Below are positions 29,788 to 43,424 of a stretch of 64,000 nucleotides of DNA, piece after piece. The number at the start of each line of letters is the position of its first letter. Position 1 is the stretch's first letter. The translations under genes and the position numbers were made by a program. Below the pieces are notes generated by a model. The model had not been told where the DNA came from, searched no databases, and worked only from the letters and a program-made list of their open reading frames with translations. The stretch comes from Chrysomallon squamiferum (Eukaryota; Animalia; Mollusca), in contig CM022671.1 in the NCBI GenBank assembly GCA_012295275.1, positions 29,388,001 through 29,452,000 of the forward strand. Reading direction: 5' to 3'.

Positions 29788-32700
29788 ATGAGGGCTGTTG
29801 CAACATGGCTTGATAAAGTTCAGGATAAAGATAAAGTTGAGCAATGGTAATGAAAAGTTATTATTTATGTTTAATAAAATATTAGCAGACTAAATATATT
29901 TCGTAAACGCCAGTAAAATACCTTGATTAATCATAAAAACCTACGCTACAGCTTTTATTCCTTTATAAAAATGAAAGTTTATTATACTATATTATTAAAT
30001 ACTATATTATATATATTATATAATATAGTTTATAAAAGGCTTTTATAATGTACTACTCTATAAACGTAAAGGGGCCTATTATTTTAAGTTTTATCATTTT
30101 ACATGTGATGAGGCACTGTCAACTATTGAACTAATGTCACTGGACTGTACAGTAACAGTGGGAACCATTAAGTTTAACTGATTAAATTTAACTAAGTAAA
30201 TAGATTTATCATTTAGCTGCAGTTACCAGCGTCACTTGTGTTTAATGAAAATGATCTATTATCCATTTTCACATCTCTAGGTTTGAAGATAAAGGTATAA
30301 CATCAAACACTTTCATTGTATCATTTAAGTACATTTGAAATAGACTATTAGGCAAGTGCAATATTGTACAGTTTTAATGTAAATGTTATATATTTTTTTT
30401 CCTGACACAATGAGTCAATAATTATGTAGAAATAATTAGTATTCACATATCTGTAACCCTGACAAATTATCATAATTATTATCGTAATTATTTCAGTCTT
30501 AACTGATTTAGAAAGATTACTGTAGGTTAAAAAAATAAAAAAATAAAAAACATTACATTTGAACATAAAATAGCTATATTTATGGTTTACTTTGACAGTA
30601 TTTGGAGTCTTTGCTTCAAGCCTGATGGCAACCAACTGATAGTAGCTGCAGGAAACCGTGTACTTGTTTATGATACCATTGATGGTACTTTGATTCAGCC
30701 ACTCAAAGGACATAAAGATACTGTGTATTGTGTTGCATATGCCAAGGATGGAAAAAGATTTGCTTCTGGTTCAGCAGATAAAAGTGTTATCATATGGACA
30801 AGTAAACTTGAGGGTATTTTAAAATATACGTGAGTGTTTACATTATTGATGTTTTGTTATTTCAGTTGTTTTAACAGGAACTCCTTCTGAAAAAAATTAC
30901 AACTGTAATTTGTTATGGAAACCAAAGACAAAGATATTCATAGCTCTAAAAATATATGACCACATGCATTGTAACAGATTATCTGAATAATATATACATT
31001 GGCTTCTGGACTACCAGTCTTGTAAGAACATCTTAACAGACCAGTACCTTCTTTCAGATGGATATCTTTATTTTTGATATTTAAAAAACAACAAAAAACA
31101 AACATATACTTATAACTCTATAAAATTATAACTCTTTTTAATAATCTTTTCTTTGCTATTTATAAGATATAAATCAGCATTGTGTTATATTTTATATTTA
31201 CTTAGACACAATGATGCCATTCAGTGTTTGGCATACAATCCTGTTAGTCACCAGCTTGCTAGTTGTGCAGTTAGTGATTTTGGTATGATATTCTTTTTTA
31301 ACTATTATTTATTTTATATCTGCTTTAATGAAAGACATATAAATGACAGTATATACATTTGTGGATGTTTCTTGAAATATGTGGTGATAGTTAAATATTA
31401 TATATTTATATTTGTAAATAATGCTTAAAAACATAATTTAAAGAAATATGTATTTTCTCATTACAAACATGAATAATTAATTGTTAAGAATATTCTGCAG
31501 TTAATATTTGTTAAGTGTCAAAATAAAAAAATATTAAAATACAAAAAAAAAGAAGAAGACCACACTCCAATTATAGCAAAGTCAACATGTTAATATTACA
31601 TCTGGTTTATATATCATATTATTTATTAACATTGTTTTAAAAAATATTTTAATAGGTTTATGGTCTCCAGAACAGAAGTCTGTTTCAAAACACAAAGTAA
31701 GCAGTCGCATAACCTGCTGTAGCTGGACTAATGATGGCCAGTACTTAGCACTGGGACTCTACAATGGTTTTGTCAGCATTAGAAATAAGGTATTTAAAAA
31801 GAAAAACACATCCTCATTGAAGTAATTCCCATTCCAACCAGTACTCCATAACTGATTGCATTTTCCTATCTGTGGGAAGAAGAATGAGAAACATCTCTGC
31901 TATTGTTGAAATGAGCATGTATTTTCTCAAACAACTATACTGCAGAAACATAAAATGTATCCATCCAAAAGATGCCAATATTAATTTAGTCATTGTGGTA
32001 TCATTAAACTAAACAAACTTCAGTCATTAATACATTTAAAGTAATTTTAATTTACTTAGAATATTATTTTCCTGGACTGTGTATTAATGATTATCTCCTT
32101 TATTTTATTTTTCTGTATTGTGTTTAATATTAACAATTAATCAGCATATAATTTCACTAGAATATATATATATTTTGAATGATACTATTTTTTGTAGATA
32201 ACTGATAATAGAATGTAAAGGAATGTGGTACAGGTATATTTTTTTTATATTTTTAATAACATTTTAAATTAATTTATACAAATTATTGATCTGTTTGAAG
32301 GCTGGAGAAGAAAAAGTCAAAATAGAGCGACCTGGGGCAAACATTGCACCAGTGTGGTCAATTTCCTGGAACCCTAGCAGGTAACTAATAAATACATTTA
32401 CCTTTCTTATACACTGAAAATATTTACACATTGCATTCAATATATTTAACTGATTGACAATTTTTCTCTTTTCTTATTAATAAAAATCATTTCATCTTGA
32501 ATGTTATATTTACTCAATAATTATTCCCCACTTTAAACAAAAAAACTAAATATTTTACAAGTTATTTATTTTAGCTGTTATTCCATGTTAAATTAATTTT
32601 AATAGTACTGAAAATAGAGAAAAATATCAGAAAATGTAATAAATATTTAACACAGTTTTAATGATAATAAAAAATATTGTATTTCTCAGAGATGAAGCCT

Positions 32701-32946
32701 ATGATGTGCTTGCTATAGCTGACTGGGGTCAGAGACTTTCATTTTACCAGCTTTCTGGAAAACAAGTAAGTTAATAAAAACAACATACAAAGAATATTTC
32801 TCTTAAAATTTTACTCTTATGAAACGATAAACATTTTAATAACCCACATAAATTAATTTTATTCACTGAGGACGTGATACGTTGTGCTGCATATTATATA
32901 TCTTTAAGGTTTACTTTTTCCTAAAAAAAAATCTTTTTTGGTATTA

Positions 32947-32978
<32 letters not shown>

Positions 32979-35900
32979 CATTTAAATATACACACACACA
33001 GACACAGACACACATATATGATGATTTGTGGGCAGAATATGGTTTATTAACATAGTTTACCTTTTTCAAACTATTGATAATCTTTATTTATTTATTTATT
33101 TATTTTAGATTGGAAAAGACAGAACACTGAATTATGATCCTACCACTGTGAACTGGTTCTCAAAAGGCGAATACGTGGTTGTTGGTGGGTCTAACAAAGA
33201 GTGCTGTCTGCATACTAAAGAAGGAGTAAGACTTGGTGCCATTGGAGAACACAGTTCCTGGATTTGGTGTGCTGCAGTAAAACCAGACTCGAACTTTGTT
33301 GTATGTTATCAGATTAATTTACTATTTATGTACATATTCAGGAAACATTCATATGAAATATTTGGGCAGCTGAATAAATGTGCTTTGTTGTCATATTTAA
33401 TTCTTCTTCATTCATTTTTAAAATTTCTGATTAGATATTGATCTTATTTCATAAATTCACAAATAATGAATTTGTTTTATTATTATACTACTGTAGAAGA
33501 CAATATCCAAGAAAGTCTAAAAATTGTATCTGAAGTTGTTGAATCTTTTTAATTCGTGATATATCTGTAGAATGTTATTTTCATTATTAAGCTCAGCAAT
33601 CAGTTCTTTCCATTTTCTTCTTTTTTGTCATTGTTGCATAACTCAGCTTTAAATTATGAATTTAAAAATTGTTAATTTATGTTTTGGACAGATATTGCTG
33701 AAATAGATTCTTGATTTTGATTGTTTGGCTTATTAACAGAGATTGAGTAAAACAAATTGAGAAATATATGTTTTATTTATTTATTTATTTATTTATTTTG
33801 CACCAGGTATGTAGGTATTCCAAAATTAGGTTTTTAATCATAATTAATATTAATTTTGTTTCAGCTACTCTGTTATTAAATGGTTTTGAATATAAGTGTT
33901 TTTTATTTTAATTTCTCTATATTCTAGGCAGTGGGATGCCAAGATGGGACACTTGCTTATTATCAGTTGATCTTCAGCACAGTGCATGGTTTGTACAAAG
34001 ACCGCTATGCCTACAGAGACAATATGACTGATGTTATTATACAACATCTGATCACAGAACAAAAAGGTAATATTTTCCATGTTCATATTCGTGTTCAGTG
34101 TATATTATTAGAAATGTGTGTTTAGGTGAACTGTTTGTTTTATGTAATGTATAATCCTATGAGTGTCTGAAATTATAAAATATAATCTAGTTTTTTAGTA
34201 CTAAGATCATTTTAGAAAGTTTTAATATTGTGAATGTTTAGTCAGTTATTTCCATGGAATTATTAATGTGATGATCACTTCTTTTTTTTTAACTTTAAAT
34301 TTCTTTTTTAATATTTTATATTAGATGGTGAACTGTTTCAGTAATTCTTTTCCATAGAAAAAATTAAATATAAAGAAATAACTCATTTTTTTCAAATTAT
34401 ATGTTAAGGGAAGTTTCCATGATGAATCCAATGATTATTTTGTATTTAAATTTTATTTTTTATTGTTCTTTGTAAGTGTCAGTTTAGCGAGTTGACTAAT
34501 TTTATTGATGTTTTTGTGTGTTTAGTGAGGATCAAGTGTAGAGATCTTGTAAAGAAAATTGCTATCTACAGAAACAGACTTGCTGTAAGTAAACACCTAC
34601 ATTGTATTGTACCTTAATATCAGTATTTAATTTCAACAAATTAGTTCCCTTACTGTAAATAGAGAAATAGATTAGTATAGAGAAAGAGATAATTAAATAT
34701 ATAGACAAAATTATTAATATTTGCTCTTTTTGTTGAGCAGAACATGAAAAAGTATAGTTTGTTATACAAATGTATTTTTAATTTATAAAGATAGAGACGT
34801 GATTTAAAGTTATACGTTCCAGTGATATTAACTTTTTTATTGTCATTTTATTTGAAGGTTCAGCTACCAGATCGCATCATTGTGTATGAACTTTATTCTG
34901 ATGATTCAGCAGACATGCACTATCGAGTTAAGGAAAAAATAAACAAGAAACTGGATTGTAATCTGTTAGTTGTCTGTTCTCAAAACATCATTTTGTGTCA
35001 GGTAAATGTATTGTTATTAAAAATAAAATATTTGGTCCATAAAATATTTTTTAGTTTTTCACAGATTTGGTATTAAACTTGATATCACTAAGATCTTTAT
35101 TATGACTATAAATTTTTTTAAAAAGAGCAACTGTTATATCATTTCAAATTACTGTTATTTATTAGTTCAGAAATGTAGTATTAATTAGGATAATAATACT
35201 ATCTTTTTCAAAATAATAACATTTTTGTAAAAGATGAATTGTCATGTTTCAGAATTAAAATATTTTATATTAAAAATATTCTTCAACTGACATATTTCAG
35301 GAGAAACGACTGCAATGTTTGTCATTTTCTGGCACTAAAGAAAAGGAATGGTTAATGGAATCTCTGATCAGATATATTAAAGTTATTGGCGGACCACCAG
35401 GCAGAGAAGGTCTGCTTGTTGGACTGAAGAATGGTCAGGTATATAGAGTACTTTTTTTAACTTCATATTATTTCATATAAAACTGATAGTAATTTTTTGT
35501 AATGTATGAAAGTATCATTATCTTTGTTATTTTTGGAATTCTTCATTGTTGTCTTATTTACTTCACATCTTTCAGTGTCTTGCTTTTTGGGGTTTTTAGT
35601 TATAATCTTTACTGTCTATTTTTCAATGATCCTTATGCTTACAGATAGTCTGAAAGTGTTTGCCTTTTATTTAGAATTACTGTCAGTTTAAGAAAAACTG
35701 TATTAAAATATTTCAGGACCTTAAAACATGTTTAACAAGAAAAATGCAGATTTGTTACATGTTACAATTTGTTTATATTTCAGATAATGAAGATATTTGT
35801 TGACAACGCATTCCCAATTCTGTTGCTGAAACAAAACACGTCTGTGAGATGTCTGGATCTCAGTTGTACTCGCAGCAAACTTGCTGTTGTGGATGAGCAT

Positions 35901-38900
35901 AACACATGCCTCGTCTATGATCTTCACACAAAGGAGTTACTCTTTCAGGTGACTGAACGTAAATTCAGATAATTTTAAATAATATCTTTTAATTACATCA
36001 TACATTTTACAGTTTTGCTAAAACTATGTTATAGTATGGTTTAGTTTCAGTTTTATATATTTTTATATATTGCAGATTGTTAATCAACTAAGGGTTTTGT
36101 CTAGACTGTACAATCCTCTTTATTTTGGATTGATATATTTTAACATATTTTGTTCAAATAGTTTGATATGTTAATTTATTCTTATTACAATGTATTTACA
36201 GGAGCCTAATGCTAACAGTGTTGCTTGGAACACACATTATGAAGATATGCTGTGTTTTTCTGGTAATACCATGCTCAACATCAAAGCAAGCAATTTCCCT
36301 GTTCATCAGCAAAAAATGCAGGTAAAAACATTATTTCTAAATAACACTATTAATATCTGACAAAATCATTGTCTATTTTAATATTTTGATGTACAAGAAA
36401 TTCTGTTTAATATCTCTATTTCCAGATAATCATTTTAAATATCTGTTGTTAGTATTGTTAAGAAAAATCCTTTTTACAAAGTAAAGGGTTCACTACATTA
36501 TCTTTTAGATATTAGAAACAACTTAACATTGTTCCCAGCTATTTTATGTATTTAGTAAAATGAATCCATGATAATTGTTAGAATTACTTTAATATATTTA
36601 GGTGTGTATGGACTATGGATATATATTTTTTTTATTTTTTGCAGGGTTTTGTTGTTGGATTCAGTGGGTCAAAGATTTTCTGTTTACATGTTTATGCAAT
36701 GGCTGCTGTTGATGTGCCTCAGTCTGCTTCCATGTATCAATACCTGGAAAAAAAACTTTTCAAGTAAGAAACAGAGAAAAATTAAGTAATAAAAAAATAT
36801 TTTAGCATTTATTAAATAAAATCAACCTTATTTTGAAAAGAAAAACATTGTCACAATTCTTTCATATTTTTTATATATCAAAGTCTATAAACATAATCAA
36901 TCACTGATAAATTAAATCAAGCTTGATTAAGATGATTACTGAATTATTTTTCTTTATAAAATATGCTTTTTAAAAATAAATATTTAGGCTTTAAGTCTAT
37001 AAGTGAATGATTAATTATTTTCAGGGATGCCTACAGGATTGCCTGTCTTGGTGTTACTGATGGAGACTGGGAAGTACTGGCCCACGAAGCTCTTGAAGGT
37101 TTAGACTTTGACATTGCCAAGAAAGGTTTCATCAGAATCCGTGATCTGCGGTATCTAGAACTGATTTACTCCATAGAGGTAAAGTAGCAAACTTTTTTTT
37201 TTTCAGCCCTTCATATTTTATTAATTTTTCTTTTTCTTTATTTTATTAGTATTATTTTTTTTTTTTAACTCCAGATGAAACAAAAATTAATTTTAAAATA
37301 ATCTTTCAACAAAAACTTCACTAATACTTTATATAATAGAATTTTTGACATAGAATTTCTATGTGAGATGATACCCTATAGCTGAAGAAATATCTCTATG
37401 TAGCAGGGTCACTGTTGGTATATGTTTAATTAAGTATTAAATAATGATGAATAATGATTATGATTTACTAATTCCAGGAAAGAAAGAAGCGAGGAGAAAC
37501 GGACAATCTTGTGTTTCTTGGTGATGTGTACTCACATCAAGGAAAGTTCCACGAAGGGGCTAAACTCTACAAGAAAGCTAACCAGGAACAGAAGGCACTT
37601 GCCATGTACACAGATCTCAGAATGTTTGACTATGCAAAGGTAATTAAACTCCTTTTTTTAAATATGTCTTAAATGTTATATTTCTGTGTTCTGTTATTAT
37701 TTAAATTGTGTTATTAAACTTATTTAATGGAAGTTGGAAAAAATATTTTGTGCATGTGTGCATCTGCCATAATATATAATTTTACTCCATATGTATTTTT
37801 TAAATCATCTGATGTGTTCAGAAAGTAGTTTTGGATATCTTGAGTTTTTCTCTCAGACATCTCTGATACATTAATGCTTTTTACTCCACTCTTTTCTTTC
37901 CTTTTTTTAATAAATAAATAACATTAAATTAATGTATTCTTTTCTATTTATTAATGCTTATTTTTTCAAATGAAGGAGTTAATAGGTGCAGGTGATCCTC
38001 ATGACAAGAAATTACTGATCACAAAACAAGCTGACTGGGCAAAGAGCAGCAATGAACCAAAAACAGCAGCTGAGATGTACATCAGTGCTGGGGAGTATCT
38101 CAAAGCCATTGACATTGTTGGAGAACATGGATGGCCTGACATGTAAGTATTTTAATATCACCTTGCTTGGTATGTTTTGATATCACTAGACCTGATAGGT
38201 GTTTTAATATCAGCTCACATGGTGTGTTTTAGTATCATCTGACTGATATGTGAGTGTTTTAAATATGTTTTAGTATTACATGACCTGATATATGTTTTAA
38301 CATCACCTGACTTACTTGACATAATTTTGAAAGTTTTCAGTTCTGAGTTCATATACACTATAAAATTTATCTTAATTGATGTAAAAATGGTTATTCAAAA
38401 TGAATAAACTAATGACCACATCTAATGACTTGGTGTTAGTGTCATAGATATAATTGAAACAGAATTAGGAATGAATATTTACAAATCATGAGTATTTTTT
38501 AAAACAAGCTTTAGTTTAATATTTATTAATGATAAATTCTTTTCCAAATATATTTTTTGTGACACAGGATGATTGATTTGGCACGGAAGCTGGATAAAGC
38601 CGACAGAGATGCACTGTCACGATGTGCTTCATACCTGTCTAAGATGGAACAGTATGCCTATGCTGCTGAAGTGTACACCAAGATGGGAGACATCAAAGCC
38701 TTGATATCCATGAGAGTAGAAGCCAAACACTGGGATGATGTAAAGAAAACATTTTTCTCATAAATAATAGATTTTGTTACGGAATTTTTATTTATATGTA
38801 TAGATAAAATATTTTGTCATTATTATCTAAGTGAAATGAGCCGGTTTAGTGTATTTATCATTAAAAAAGAAGTTGTTAAAATTAACCACAGTTTACAGTA

Positions 38901-41900
38901 GGATTTTAATTTTAACCTCATTCATATTTTGAAATTTGAATTTTTAGTACATTTAATCAGATTGATAATATAGTATGGTATCTATGATATTCTCCTGTGG
39001 TTCGTAATTTAATATTAATCATGTATGTGTGTTATGTCTGCAAATAAGAACCGAAATATTTTCCAAAAATAAAAAATAGCATGTTAATAGAATGGACCAG
39101 TAGAATATTTCTTTGTCATTTGTTTGGTTTATAACTGGGCTTCAGATTATAAATACACTGATTCCAGATGGTTTTAAGTATGTAATACAAAGCTATAAAA
39201 CAAAACTTTTAATTTAAGTAATGTACATTTTTCAGGCTTTTACTCTAGTGGAGAAACACCCTGAGTACAAAGAGACAGTATATGTTCCCTATGCACAGTG
39301 GTTAGCTGAAAATGATAGATTTGAAGAGGCACAACAAGGTAACAGAATTGCTTTTTATATCTAGTTTTTTTTGTTCTTCTATTTTTCATTCTGTATTGGA
39401 CATAATAATTTTATAAGAAACTTGAGACTTGTGGCAAAATTTGTAAAATGTATAATAACAAATAATCAGCTGTAAATCCAAAACAGCAAGTGACCTTTTG
39501 ATTTAAATTATCATTTGATATAAATTTGTTTTATATGGCTTTAATTCTTGAAGACTGAAAGTTAAGATTTATTTAAAATTTTGTTTAATATGTAAGTGAT
39601 ATTAAGTCTGTTTATTTGTTTTGTTCTAGCTCTCTGAAAGACAAAACAGTTAACATTATTTTTGTTTGATGTACATGGTTGTGTTAGTTTGACTGACTGA
39701 TTTATGTGTTTGTTCTAGCTTTCCACAAGGCTGGTCTGCAGGCTGAGGCTGTGAAGGTTCTGGAACAGCTGACACTGAATGCTGTAGCTGAGAGCAGGTT
39801 TGATGATGCTGGCTATTACTTCTGGAAGCTTGCAAGACAATGCCTGGACATTGCCAGAGGTAACTGTTTACTGACATTGATAGTATACTGCTTTTCAACA
39901 AAACATTTATTAATTGCCTCACTTGTGACACTGGAATAATACAATAAATTAATTTTTTTTGAAGACTTAATGTTGTATCAGATTTGAATGAGATATTTTC
40001 TTTAAACCAGGCAAAATAATTCCTCATTTCTCTGCTACATATGTTTTATTATTTGTAGATGAACCATCAAAGGAAGAAGAAATGTTGGAGAAATTTTATG
40101 ATTTCCAGAGAAAGGCAGAGATGTATTATGTGTATCAAGTGATTTATAAGCAGGTGGTAAGTTACTGTTTTTGTCAAGGTAATCGTCTGTCTATCCTTCT
40201 ATGAAAAAACAAAAACAAATCCCAAAACCCAGAAAAATTTAATAAATTGTTTTTGTTGAGATAATTCTCACCTACGCATGTGTCCTTGGACATGTTTATT
40301 AAAGGTTGTGGTATGTTCTTAACTTTCTTTGGAACAGTATATGTAATAAAAAGATTTGTTGCTGCAAACAGATATAGAGGAATTAGTAGCATACCACCTG
40401 ATGGTTACTTTTGAATTAAGTGAATGGTTTATGTCTACAGTTATGATGCCATACATATGGATAAAGCCATAGATTAAAAATATATTGCATGTGCCACAAA
40501 ACATTTTCTCTTACTTTGAAATATCTTTCATTTTTGAAAATACATCTATCCCTTTTCTGAATGCCTATGATTATCTCCCCCTTTCTATTGCCAGGTGGAG
40601 CCATTCACTTCAAGTCGACCTGAAGATCTTTTCAACATGTCCAGATTCTTGTTGCATTCCATGCCAACTGCCAATGATATACCTCCTGGAGTATCAAAAG
40701 CGTATCTTTCATAGTTAATAGTTGTGAATAGTATTTATTTTAAATAGTTTTTCAGTTATAAACTTAACTGAAACTTTAGCACCTTTACTAGAAGATAACC
40801 AGAAAGAGAAGATAACAATAAAGAAAATAATATCAGTAAATCAAAAATTAATATATAACAAATAAAAACTAAAATAAATTCATGATTAAATTATATTAAT
40901 ATAAAAATAAAAAATTAAATTAGAAATATAGATGTGTTACGAATGCAAAGCAAATAAAGGAAGTTTGACACACAGTTTATTATTTTAGTGGAATTACAGA
41001 TTATAATGGATTATTACAAATGTAAATACTTAAATTATTTTGAATTCGATACTAAAAAAATTTAAAAATGATAATGGTAATAATAATAATATCACAAAGT
41101 AAATAATTTTATTTAGGTAAATACCACATGAAAGATGTAAATTTGTTTTCTTTAACTATTGCCTTAGAGCAGCTCTGTACACTCTTGCTAAACAGAGCAA
41201 GAATCTCAGTGCTTTTAAACTAGCTAGATACGCTTATGAGAATCTTCAGACTGTCAGAGTCCCACAGCATCTCCAGGAAGCCATAGATCTGGGCAGTCTG
41301 ACCATCAGAACCAAACCATTCCAAGATGGAGAGGTATGTTGACCTCATGACAGTCTTATTTAATAAAAATTCAATATTATTAAATTTTCATTTTTTAGAT
41401 GCTTTTAATAATGAAAACATAATATTAAGAAATTTACAAAAAAGAAAGAGGAGTACTTTTAAAGACGTGACTTTTATTAATTTCAGAAGAAATGAGATAT
41501 TTTATATCTTTTAGTATTTAAAAAGAAGTTAATAAGACAAAACCTTGATGGTTGTTTTGTTTATAATCTGGATTAATAGTCTTTAGTGTTACATTTATGA
41601 ATATTTTCTTCACTTTAATAAAAAACAAGAAAAAAACAACTGGGTAATTTAAAAAAAAAAAAAAACAATGACTACAGCATATTTACTGTAAAATAAAATA
41701 AAAAAGTGAAAAAAGTCTTGAACTTATATAACTTTAAATGTAAACAGTAGATGTGTTATAAAGATTATCCTTTCTTTTCTTTTACCAATCAAGATCTTGT
41801 CAACTAACAAACATAATACACAGTGTGGACTAAATTAATTTGTATTCATTTTCTAGGAGCTGTTACCAATGTGCTATCGATGCTCTACAACAAACCCACT

Positions 41901-43424
41901 TCTCAACAGCAGTGGAAACCAGTGTGTCAACTGCAGCCAGCCATTTGTGTTTTCTTTTGTCAGCTTTGGTGAGAAATATTCATATACTTGCTTCAGTCTT
42001 TTCTTAGGCTCATGAAAACTATTTCTCATGAGCATCTCTGACATTATTAGTGAAAACGGGCCTTATTTTTATTCCTTTCTCTTTATGATCTTTTTATGTT
42101 TAGCATATATATTGTAGAAGTTTAGTTGTTGTTTATTTTATATTACATTATCTGACATTATTTATTTTATAAAATGTTCATATTACTTACTTAATAATTT
42201 CACAGATGTGCTGCCTCTGGTGGAGTTTGTTCTTGACGATGGGATCACAGACGAGGAGGCTGTGCACATTCTGGACATGTCCATACCAAGGAAGAAGAAG
42301 GAGAACACTGGACACTGGCAGGAATCTCGCATTGGCAGTATCCTTGATTGAAGCACTTGATGTAGATTTAACTATTGTGTTACATCATCTAGTAACAGTA
42401 GGCTTAATAAGAGAGGTTATCATTATTGATCTGTCATGCACATAATGAAGTTTAAACGTTTTTTTAATGTGGAGTTAAATGATTATGGAATATTTTGAAA
42501 AATTAAGTAAACTATAAATGTATGTATGTGCAATGTTGTTGAGGATCTACTATTGGGTATTCTGTTTTTAAGGAATTTGTAATATTATGATTTGGGGGCA
42601 AGAAGATTTGTTCAGTTTCTTTGATTCTTTTACTGCTGTTTTTCTCTCTTTTTTCTTTTTTTTGAAAGAATAAATTATTTTCCTTAACTGTTTACAAGAT
42701 ATGCAAAGTCTGAGATTAGGGGATGATCAACCTGAAGAGATTGAGGATCCTTTCAAAGCAAGACTCAAGACATACAATGTAAGTCATAATCTGCTGAGCA
42801 TATTTGTTAAATGTACTTTATAAGCCAGTGAACTGAAAACATTATCCTAGAATTAAGTGGGTAAAAAAAAAATATGTTTTGTTATACAGTTTAGAGTATC
42901 TTCATTACAAAACAGTTTCTGTAAATGTATTCTAAACAACACATGTCTCTGTTTCCAGGAAGGCTCAACTGACTTCAGACCAGTAGTTGTGAGTAAAACT
43001 ATCCTGAAAAGCATGACTCGATCAGAAGTGTATGTTCTCAAGTGGCCAAAGCCACTGCGCTATCAGTTCTACAGGAGCCTGTTACCCGATATCACTATAA
43101 CACTGTGTCCTTCGTGCAACAAGGTCAGTTACCACCTTAGTGTTTTAATATTTAAAGAATAAAAAATACAGATCTTTTCATCATTTGTACAAAAAAAAAC
43201 ATTGACAACAAAATTAGTTTTGATCTATTTATTTTAGTGTAGTAGACAAGAGTTTTATAATGATCAACACTATAAAGTTATAGCACAATATGAGAGAATT
43301 CAGTGATTTGATATATAATGACTGTTTATTATTATTCTTTCAGCTGTTCCATACAGATGATTTTGAACAGAAGTATTTACAAAATGGATATTGTCCTTTC
43401 TGCAGAGTGAAGATGGAAGACTAA
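29788..43424 (+). CDS. IFT122: Intraflagellar transport protein 122 (IFT-A; WD40, TPR-like region, C-terminal Cys motifs), ~1190 aa; exons 29788-29846, 30599-30829, 31206-31282, 31656-31789, 32301-32380, 32690-32765, 33109-33300, 33928-34066, 34526-34584, 34858-35001, 35301-35438, 35784-35948, 36202-36321, 36645-36763, 37025-37178, 37478-37639, 37976-38142, 38568-38739, 39236-39338, 39719-39859, 40059-40156, 40595-40701, 41168-41333, 41857-41968, 42206-42337, 42699-42778, 42959-43123, 43344-43424
   Basis: [10 protein letters not shown]..., [131 protein letters not shown] match IFT122. Exons sum to 3573 nt, in frame. Confidence 0.96.
31818..32020 (+). mobile_element. Possible highly decayed SINE remnant in IFT122 intron 4
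   Basis: TTCCAACCAGTACTCCATAACTG...TCCTATCTGTGGGA and tail GTGGTATCATTAAACTAAACAAACTT resemble molluscan tRNA-derived SINE bodies from memory. Weakly similar reverse-strand pieces lie at ~44527-44610 and ~45212-45270. Not database-checked. Confidence 0.35.
38131..38323 (+). repeat. Degenerate ~25-27-bp minisatellite starting at the IFT122 exon 17 donor
   Basis: Recurring unit ~GACCTGATATGTGTTTTAATATCAC, about 7 copies; the first overlaps the exon end CCTGACAT|GTAAGT. Confidence 0.7.
40702..41167 (+). other. U12-type (minor spliceosome) GT-AG intron, IFT122 intron 22
   Basis: Donor GTATCTTTC; branch site TTTCTTTAAC at 41147-41156, 11 nt before the intron end; phase 2; frame joins GVSKA|ALYTLAKQS. 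Confidence 0.8.
42338..42698 (+). other. U12-type (minor spliceosome) GT-AG intron, IFT122 intron 25
   Basis: Donor GTATCCTTG; consensus branch site TTTCCTTAAC at 42679-42688, 10 nt before the intron end (AAG); phase 1; frame joins ESRIGN|MQSLRL. Confidence 0.93.

Noticed and set aside
30909-30922. RFX X-box for the ciliary gene IFT122 (TTTGTTATGGAAAC)
   Set aside because: Only one good half-site, located in intron 2 about 1.1 kb from the start. No clear X-box was seen in the promoter.
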